Below the pieces are notes generated by a model. It made no database searches, was not told where the DNA came from, and was given only the letters and a program-made list of their open reading frames with translations. Below are positions 1 to 7,105 of a stretch of DNA of 7,567 bases, piece after piece. Position 1 is the first letter of the stretch. Every line of letters starts with the position of its first letter. Position numbers and translations under genes: made by a program. Origin of the DNA: Octopus sinensis (lineage: Eukaryota); contig NW_021830000.1 in assembly GCF_006345805.1 (NCBI RefSeq), positions 1 through 7,567 on the forward strand. The letters are read 5' to 3'.

Positions 1-41
1 TATAGGTATGTATGTATGTATTATGTATGTATGTATCTATC
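1..41. repeat. (TATG)n/(TATC)n microsatellite at the left boundary of duplication unit 1
   Basis: TATG units at 7-33 with one 3-nt unit, then TATCTATC. The same TATG-to-TATCTATCT transition occurs at 2008-2020. Confidence 0.9.
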
Positions 42-170
42 TTATTATTTATCCTGTTGTACAGTTAGGTGTACGATTACGTCTGTATGGGTTTGAAATC
101 CAGCTTATCCAGTAGATTCTTATTAACATGTCAGCTTCCAGCACAGCCTCAGGTGTACTTATATGTTCAC

Positions 171-311
171 AGTGGACATATAGAAAAATGTGAAGATAGC
201 ATCAAACCAAATTTCACAGTCTTCCCCTTCTACCAGTGCAATAAAACAATCTCTCCACAAGAACGTTTAAACAAAGAAACTTTTTTCTTAATATGTACGT
301 ACAACCAACCT
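171..311 (+). pseudogene. Degenerate C-terminal part of a PLE GIY-YIG endonuclease
   Basis: Translates as SGHIEKCEDSIKPNFTVFPFYQCNKTISPQERLNKETFFL..., matching the remembered PLE pattern S.HI..C....F.(I/V).PFY.C......R..KE..FI..Y.P.LN. The N-terminal GIY/YIG motifs are absent. Confidence 0.6.
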
Positions 312-589
312 TTATCTTTTTGCATAATTTCAATTCACGATTACATCACTGTACATAAATCTCCTCACTAAACAAGTTTTTCGAAACCTTTTTTTGTCTG
401 TACATATACTCCTCCTTACCGAAAGCTGAACAGTTATCTCCCTTGCCCACAACAATAACAATAATAACGATAACCAATTACCTCCCCTTATTTTTCTACT
501 TGTGAAGTCATTCACTCATAAATATCATCACACAAAACATGGGGAAAATTTCTTCTTAAGAAAATACATATTCAAATAAGTAAAACATA

Positions 590-624
590 ATATCATGAAT
601 AGCGATAGCGAAACCGGTAGATAT
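590..624 (+). ncRNA. Minimal type I hammerhead ribozyme motif, variant core (A3-U8), copy 1
   Basis: Stem I ATATC (590-594) pairs with GATAT (620-624). Core ATGAATA (595-601); stem II GC-GATA-GC (602-609); GAAA (610-613); palindromic stem III ACCGGT (613-618); GUA cleavage triplet (617-619). Confidence 0.65.
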
Positions 625-680
625 ATTAAAAATTATATTAAAACTATGTAAAGTGTGCGTATTTTCCTTTTTTAATATTC

Positions 681-723
<43 letters not shown>

Positions 724-737
724 ACATACATATATAT
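681..737. repeat. (TA)n/(CA)n microsatellite
   Basis: Direct reading; the counterpart at 2656-2733 is longer. Confidence 0.95.
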
Positions 738-1121
738 AGGCGCAGGAGTGCTGTGTCGTAAGTAGCTTGCTTCCCAACCACATGGTTCCGGGTTCAGTCA
801 CACTGCGTGGTACCTTGGGCAAATGTCTTATACGATAGCCTCGGGTCCGACCAACGCATTGTGAGTGGATTTGGTAGACGGAAACTGAAAGAAGCTCGTC
901 GTATATACATATATGTATGTGTGTGTGTGTTTGTGTGTTTTGGGTAGGTTGTGGTGTGGTGGGTGTGTGCGTGTTGGTGTGTTTAGTGTCTGGGTTTTTC
1001 CCCACATCATCGCTTGACAACCGATAGTGCTGTCTTTACGTTCTTGTAACACTAGCGGTTCGGCAAAAGTGACCGATAGAATAAGTGCTAGGCTTACAAT
1101 GAATAAGTCCCGGGTCGATTT
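738..1121 (+). mobile_element. tRNA-derived SINE, family 1, copy A (3'-truncated)
   Basis: Head AGGCGCAGGAGTG..., A-box-like segment, B-box-like GGTTCAGTC, CORE-like CCTTGGGCAAATGTCTT, internal TA/GT microsatellite. The 3' half stops at GGGTCGATTT and lacks the tail seen in copies B, C' and E. Confidence 0.88.
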
Positions 1122-1180
1122 AGTGTGTATGTGTGTTTGCGTGCATGTGTACCTCTCTCACACACTCTCTCACTCTCTAT

Positions 1181-1238
<58 letters not shown>

Positions 1239-1266
1239 TCTCTCTCTCTCTACATATATGTATATA
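1122..1266. repeat. Compound (GT)/(CT)n/(CA)n/(TA) microsatellite
   Basis: Direct reading; counterpart at 3120-3252. Confidence 0.95.
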
Positions 1267-1267
1267 C

Positions 1268-1683
1268 GTGGCGGTTTAGTAAGAAACTTGCTTCCCAACC
1301 ACATGGTTCCGGGTTAAGTTCCACTGCATGGCACCTTGGGCTAGTATCTTTTACAATAGCCTCATGCCGACCAAATCCTTGCGAGGTGATTTGGTAGACG
1401 GAAACTGAAAGAAGCTCGACGTATATATGTATGTGTTTATATATATTTATGCATGTATGTGTGTCAATTTGCTTGTGCTTGTCCCCAACCACCGCCTGAC
1501 TATCGGTGTTGGTAGACAGAAACTACGTCCCTGTAGCCTAGCGGTTCGGCAAAAAGACACCAATAGAATAAGCACTAGGCATAAAAAAGTAAATGTCTTG
1601 TGGACGAGATGTTCAACTAAAACCCTTCAAGGCGGTGCTCCGGCGTGGCCGCAGTCCAGTGATAGCAACAAGTAGAAGATAAT
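1268..1683 (+). mobile_element. SINE family 1, copy B (slightly 5'-clipped, more diverged, with 3' tail)
   Basis: CTTGCTTCCCAACCACATGGTTCCGGGTT head, GGTAGACGGAAACTGAAAGAAGC, internal microsatellite, GCGGTTCGGCAAAA, AAGGCGGTGCTCC..TGGCCGCAGTC tail. Confidence 0.88.
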
Positions 1684-1839
1684 AGGCGCAGGAATGGCTA
1701 TGTAGTAAGAAGCTTACTTCCCAACCTCATGGTTCCGGGTTCAGTCCCATTGCTTGGCAAATGACTTCTGCAATAGTCTCAGGCCGACCAAAGCCTTGTG
1801 AGTGGATTTGATAGACGGGAACTGAAAGAAGCCCGTCGT
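1684..1839 (+). mobile_element. SINE family 1, copy C: 5' half only, cut by the duplication junction
   Basis: AGGCGCAGGAATGGCT...GAAGCCCGTCG, then microsatellite and unique sequence. The matching copy at 3668 continues into a 3' half. Confidence 0.9.
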
Positions 1840-2020
1840 GTATATATATATATATACACACACGTATGTATGTATGTATGTATGTATGTATGTATGTATG
1901 TATGTATGTATGTATGTATGTATGTATGTATGTATGCATGCATGCATGCATGCATGCAGTATGTATGTATGTATGTATGTATGTATGTATGTATGTATGT
2001 ATGTATGTATGTATCTATCT
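1840..2020. repeat. Junction microsatellite (TA)n(CA)n(TATG)18(CATG)5CAG(TATG)13 TATCTATCT
   Basis: Units counted directly: TATG 1865-1936, CATG 1937-1956, TATG 1960-2011. Confidence 0.95.
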
Positions 2021-2151
2021 TATATTATTTATCCTGTGTGTACAGTTAGGTGTACGATTACGTCTGTATGGGTTTGAAATCCAGCTTATCCAGTAGATTC
2101 TTATTAACATGTCAGCTTCCAGCACAGCCTCAGGTGTACTTATATGTTCAC

Positions 2152-2655
2152 AGTGGACATATAGAAAAATGTGAAGATAGCATCAAACCAAATTTCACAG
2201 TCTTCCCCTTCTACCAGTGCAATAAAACAATCTCTCCACAAGAACGTTTAAACAAGAAACTTTTTTCTTAATATGTACGTACACCCACCTTTATCTTTTT
2301 GCATAATTTCAATTCACGATTACATCACTGTACATAAATCTCCTCACTAACAAGTTTTTTCGAAACCTTTTTTTGTCTGTACATATACTCCTCCTTACCG
2401 AAAGCTGAACAGTTATCTCCCTCCCACAACAATAACAATAATAACGATAACCAATTACCTCCCCTTATTTTTCTACTTGTGAAGTCATTCACTCATAAAT
2501 ATCATCACACAAAACATGGGGAAAATTTCTTCTTAAGAAAATACATATTCAAATAAGTAAAACATAATATCATGAATAGCGATAGCGAAACCGGTAGATA
2601 TATTAAAAATTATATTAAAACTATGTAAAGTGTGCGTATTTTCCTTTTTTAATTC
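2152..2655 (+). mobile_element. PLE 3' remnant, copy 2 (GIY-YIG fragment frameshifted after ERLNK)
   Basis: Duplicate of 171-680. One A is missing in AACAAGAAAC, giving a stop at 2269-2271. Confidence 0.6.
2567..2601 (+). ncRNA. Minimal type I hammerhead motif (A3-U8 core), copy 2
   Basis: Identical to 590-624: ATATC ATGAATA GCGATAGC GAAA CCGGTA GATAT. Confidence 0.65.
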
Positions 2656-2668
2656 ATATATATATATA

Positions 2669-2719
<51 letters not shown>

Positions 2720-2733
2720 ACATACATATATAT
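2656..2733. repeat. (TA)n/(CA)n microsatellite
   Basis: Direct reading. Confidence 0.95.
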
Positions 2734-3119
2734 AGGCGCAGGAGTGGCTGTGTCGTAAGTAGCTTGCTTCCCAACCACATGGTTCCGGGTTCAGTCACAC
2801 TGCGTGGTACCTTGGGCAAATGTCTTATACGATAGCCTCGGGTCGACCAACGCATTGTGAGTGGATTTGGTAGACGGAAACTGAAAGAAGCTCGTCGTAT
2901 ATACATATATGTATGTGTGTGTGTGTTTGTGTGTTTTGGGTAGGTGTGTTGGTGTGGGTGGGTGTGCGTGTGTGTGTGTTTATGTGGCTGGGTTTTTCCC
3001 CACATCATCGCTTGACAACCGATAGTGCTGTCTTTACGTTCTTGTAACACTAGCGGTTCGGCAAAAGTGACCGATAGAATAAGTGCTAGGCTTACAATGA
3101 ATAAGTCCCGGGTCGATTT
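2734..3119 (+). mobile_element. SINE family 1, copy A' (3'-truncated)
   Basis: Duplicate of 738-1121 with the same truncation point. Confidence 0.88.
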
Positions 3120-3186
3120 AAGTGTGTATGTGTGTTTGCGTGCATGTGTACCTCTCTCACACACTCTCTCACTCTCTATCTCTTAC

Positions 3187-3224
<38 letters not shown>

Positions 3225-3252
3225 TCTCTCTCTCTCTACATATATGTATATA
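3120..3252. repeat. Compound (GT)/(CT)n/(CA)n microsatellite
   Basis: Direct reading. Confidence 0.95.
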
Positions 3253-3253
3253 C

Positions 3254-3667
3254 GTGGCGGTTTAGTAAGAAACTTGCTTCCCAACCACATGGTTCCGGGT
3301 TAAGTTCCACTGCATGGCACCTTGGGCTAGTATCTTTTACAATAGCCTCATGCCGACCAAATCCTTGCGAGGTGATTTGGGAGACGGAAACTGAAAGAAG
3401 CTCGACGTATATATGTATGGGTGTTTATATATATTATGCATGTATGTGTGTCAATTTGCTTGTGCTTGTCCCCAACCACCGCCTGACTATCGGTGTTGGT
3501 AGACAGAACTACGTCCCTGTAGCCTAGCGGTTCGGCAAAAAGACCCAATAGAATAAGCACTAGGCATAAAAAAGTAAATGTCTTGTGGACGAGATGTTCA
3601 ACTAAAACCCTTCAGGCGGTGCTCCGGCGTGGCCGCAGTCCAGTGATAGCAACAAGTAGAAGATAAT
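3254..3667 (+). mobile_element. SINE family 1, copy B'
   Basis: Duplicate of 1268-1683. Confidence 0.88.
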
Positions 3668-4445
<778 letters not shown>

Positions 4446-4671
4446 CTTGATAGACAGATGTAGACGGTGATAGAATCCTTGCTATTCCTTACTATGACGT
4501 CATCCCAGATCCTGTCTAGCGTAGTATTTCAAAATCAAAAGCAGATCTGTAACATTTCGATTGATACCAATGCGAGCAGTTCACAACTCCAAAATAAGAT
4601 CCAGTAGTGTTAGAATAAGCCTCGCAGAGTGAATAATAATATTAATAATTTAAGTGTGGAAAGGGGAAGTG

Positions 4672-5010
4672 AAATTGATATAGCATTCGTTTCCGTAAAT
4701 GGGCAATATTTGTTGTCTATATCTCATACACGTTATGCTATTCATAAAGTATTATGTAATACATGTCACAGTATCTGGAAATATGTAATAACTCTACAGT
4801 CTATTCGCTTGCTCAGATCTGGAGGTACTATCGACTAAAGGAATATGCCTTCAGATTCTGATATCTGAAGAAGCGTATGGACTGTAGAATTAACACATAT
4901 TTCCATATATTATGACATGTATCACATAACATTGTGTGAAATACATAACGAAATATGAGATATGAATGAAAAGTATAGTCCATTTACGGAAACAATGGTA
5001 ACGTCAATTT
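4672..5010. repeat. Long imperfect inverted repeat (foldback/MITE-like), family unassigned
   Basis: Arm 4689-4818 versus reverse complement of 4863-4993: about 102/131 matches by manual alignment, with a perfect 14-bp end GTTTCCGTAAATGG/CCATTTACGGAAAC. Weaker extension to AAATTGA (4672) and TCAATTT (5010). Confidence 0.85.
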
Positions 5011-5028
5011 GAGTTATCTTTACCTCAA

Positions 5029-5160
5029 AGTGGCTGTATGTTAGAAGCTTCCTTCCCAACCACATGGTTCCGTGTTCAGTCCTACTGCGTGGCACCTTGA
5101 GAAAATGTCTTCTTCTATAGATTCGTACCTACCAAAGCCCGTCGCATATATATAAATATA

Positions 5161-5201
<41 letters not shown>

Positions 5202-5314
5202 TATATATATATGCGCATGTATGTATGTATCTGTCTTGTGTCTGTGTTTGTCCCCCCTCGCATTATCACTTGACAACTAGTGTTGGTGTGCTTAAGTCCC
5301 CCGTAAATTAGAGG
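5029..5314 (+). mobile_element. SINE family 1, copy D (internal deletion, 3'-truncated)
   Basis: AGTGGCTGTATG...CCCAACCACATGGTTCCGTGTTCAGTCC head; missing the segment between two AAGCC motifs; TA microsatellite; partial 3' half to GTAAATTAGAGG. Confidence 0.85.
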
Positions 5315-5319
5315 CGCAA

Positions 5320-5405
5320 TGTATGTATGTATGCATGTATGCATGTATGTATCTCCATATGTGTGGGTAAGTATGTATCTGTAGATATATATGTGTGTGT
5401 ATGTG
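5320..5405. repeat. Degenerate (TATG)/(TA)/(TG) microsatellite
   Basis: Direct reading. Confidence 0.8.
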
Positions 5406-5484
5406 CGTTTAATTTCTGTTGTGGTACAAGAAATCCCATTGACGTAACTGCTCGTGGTTTGTGTTACGAAGCTCGTGTTTGATT

Positions 5485-5547
5485 CCAGCCAGTCACCCAG
5501 CCAGCCACCAGCCAACCAGCCAGCCAGCCAGCCAACCAGCCAGCCAA
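5485..5547. repeat. (CCAG)n tetranucleotide repeat with CCAA variants
   Basis: Direct reading. Confidence 0.9.
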
Positions 5548-5568
5548 CTTTATTCTGGTTTTCTCCAG

Positions 5569-5758
5569 GCTTCCTATGAGTTGATCGCAGTGATAGTCTA
5601 GTACTATTCTTCAAAACTACCTCGTTAATCAATTTGTCACAAACATGTATGAGACTTCTGAAGCTCTACGACTCGACCGAAAACGTAAAAGTCTCCAATA
5701 TTGTCGGCTGTAGATGAGTGAATTAGACGGTCACAGAGCTAGCGTGTCTCAGACATCG
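5569..5758 (+). other. Candidate 190-nt spliced exon (5'-UTR-like, possibly ending in a 15-codon start MSELDGHRASVSQTS)
   Basis: Acceptor CTTTATTCTGGTTTTCTCCAG|G (AG 5567-5568) and donor CG|GTGAGT (GT 5759-5760). Non-repetitive, relatively GC/CpG-rich. All three frames contain stops, so it is not an internal coding exon. No homology support. Confidence 0.4.
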
Positions 5759-5818
5759 GTGAGTCAATCACAGGAGTGACTGTATCTTAATTTTGAAATG
5801 CTCAAATCACATTTTTGA

Positions 5819-6254
5819 CTCTCTCTCTTTTACTCTTTTACTTGTTTCAGTCATTTGACTGCGGCCATGCTGGAGCACCACCTTTAATCGAGTAACTCGA
5901 CCCCGGGACTTATTCTTTTGTAAGCCCAGTACTTATTCTATCGGTCTCTTTTGCCGAACCGCTAAGTAACGGGGACATAAACACACCAGACAAACACAGA
6001 CACACAAACATACACACATATATATACATATATACGACGGGCTTCTTTCAGTTTCCGCCTACCAAATCAAGGCTTTGGTTGGCCCGAAACTATAGTAGAA
6101 GACACTTGCCCAAGGTGCCACGCAGTGGGACTGAACCCGGAAGCATGTGGTTGGTAAAGAAGCTACTTACCACACAGCCACTCCTTGTGGGACTGAACCC
6201 AGAACCATGTTTGTTGGTAAACAAGCTACTTACCACACAGCCACTCCTGCGCCT
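5819..6254 (-). mobile_element. SINE family 1, copy E (antisense, full tail, duplicated head)
   Basis: Reverse complement runs AGGCGCAGGAGTGGCTGTGTGGTAAG...GGTTCAGTCCCAC (twice)...GGTGCTCCAGCATGGCCGCAGTCAAATGACTGAAACAAGTAAAAGAGTAAAAGAG. Confidence 0.92.
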
Positions 6255-6359
6255 ATGCTGAAGATGTCAACATTTATGATGACATTCATGAGATGATGGT
6301 ATGTAACATGTTTTTATATATAAACACATGTACACACCTAGATACGCATCAATCAATCA

Positions 6360-6360
<1 letters not shown>

Positions 6361-6444
<84 letters not shown>
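6361..6444. repeat. Perfect (TCTA)21, preceded by (ATCA)3
   Basis: 84 bp counted directly. Confidence 0.97.
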
Positions 6445-6448
6445 AACA

Positions 6449-6838
6449 CAAGGTGCGATGGTAAATTGTTGCCATTTTAGATTTTTAATTTCAAGCATGC
6501 GCATTGTTTGTTTATGATTGTGTCGACTACAAAGGCTAGTAAGATCAGTTGGGCAAGGTCTGTGAGAAAAACAGCACCATGACGCAATTCACTCTGCTCG
6601 AAATTTGGAAAGGATATGCTGTACTGATTGACATTCATGCTGGAAGCACCAACACGAACATTTCAGAGTCTTTGGGTGTTAATCTGGGGACAATTCAATC
6701 TGAGGACATATATCGAAAGTGATAAAATCAAACATCCAGTCAACATCATTGTGTTTGGAGTAATCACAAAGTGATGGCGATGTTATGCCTCCATTCATCT
6801 TTCCAGACGACCTCTCACTCAACATGTAGGCCTTTAAA
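6449..6838 (+). mobile_element. Tc1/mariner-superfamily DNA transposon remnant (maT/DD37D-like), internally deleted and 3'-truncated
   Basis: TIR-like start CAAGGTGCGATGGTAAATTGTTGCCATTTT, followed by an N-terminal HTH-like peptide and a catalytic-domain fragment. No right TIR seen. Confidence 0.78.
6579..6838 (+). pseudogene. Transposase pseudogene: N-terminus fused to a catalytic-domain fragment
   Basis: 6579-6698 reads MTQFTLLEIWKGYAVLIDIHAGSTNTNISESLGVNLGTIQ (HTH-like). 6724-6838 reads KIKHPVNIIVFGVIT[+1 frameshift]SDGDVMPPFIFPDDLSLNM*AFK, matching the K.P..(V/I)MV(W/F)G.I...G..PP.F motif of Tc1/mariner-type transposases. Confidence 0.8.
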
Positions 6839-6898
6839 AATCTAACAAACAATATTAATCATTACCCCGATGTGTATTCTATATAAGTCACTGAAAGA

Positions 6899-6945
6899 AT
6901 ATATATATTAATATGTGTGTGTATGTGTGTGTGCGTGTGAATGTA
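6899..6945. repeat. (TA)/(TG) microsatellite
   Basis: Direct reading. Confidence 0.8.
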
Positions 6946-7067
6946 TATGTCTGTACGTACATAAATACAAATTTATGGCGATTATTTGGAACTACATGTT
7001 TCAGTCAATACATTTTGTTTCATGTATTCATGCGCAGATTGCACAAATAACAATGACAATGATGAGC

Positions 7068-7105
<38 letters not shown>

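Larger units (their letters stand above)
171..680 (+). mobile_element. Penelope-like retroelement (PLE) 3' remnant, copy 1
   Basis: A GIY-YIG-like C-terminal peptide (171-311) is followed ~300 bp downstream by a minimal hammerhead motif ending CGAAACCGGTAG, the arrangement known for PLE termini. Recognised by eye; no alignment run. Confidence 0.62.
34..2011 (+). repeat. Direct tandem duplication, copy 1 (~1.98 kb)
   Basis: Colinear near-identity with 2012-4011 throughout: 69 matches 2050, 590 matches 2567, 738 matches 2734, 1684 matches 3668, 1865 matches 3848. Differences are mostly 1-2 nt indels and microsatellite length. Confidence 0.97.

Noticed and set aside
69-371. 100-aa ORF as an intact gene
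   Set aside because: It has a GTG start, only the central part looks protein-like (PLE endonuclease remnant), and the duplicate at 2050 is frameshifted.
738-815. SINE heads as tRNA genes
   Set aside because: A/B-box-like motifs are present but no complete cloverleaf can be drawn, the anticodon region varies between copies (TTCCCAA vs TTACCAA), and all continue into SINE body. The parent tRNA is not assignable by eye.
679-1675. Overlapping ORFs across SINE copies A and B (also 2649-3560, 5201-5632, 6079-6261, 6915-7387)
   Set aside because: They are composed of SINE sequence and simple repeats giving LS, TH, YI, poly-I, poly-N or GWL runs, with no recognisable domain.
1727-2096. ORFs encoding YVCM/HTYI repeats (also 3682-4201)
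   Set aside because: They are translations of (TATG)n/(CATG)n microsatellites, which lack stop codons.
4495-4502. CRE/ATF palindrome TGACGTCA
   Set aside because: A single 8-mer with no promoter context, so a chance occurrence cannot be excluded.
6090-6100. CTATAGTAGAA 11-mer shared in opposite sense by SINE families 1 and 2 (7109-7119 on the minus strand)
   Set aside because: Short and AT-rich, with orientation inconsistent with shared ancestry of a module.
6258-6290. CTGAAGA followed by a TGTCA/TGACA hairpin as a hammerhead
   Set aside because: The hairpin is followed by TTCA rather than GAAA, so the second half of the core is absent.
6241-6298. Possible small exon (…AEDVNIYDDIHEMM, donor ATG|GTATGT at 6299)
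   Set aside because: The only nearby acceptor is a weak one inside the antisense SINE and its phase does not match the candidate exon ending at 5758. Too short to support without RNA data.
6700-6727. CTGAGGA...GAAA as a hammerhead core
   Set aside because: Stem II cannot close (C opposite C), there is no stem III or stem I, and it lies in transposase-derived sequence.
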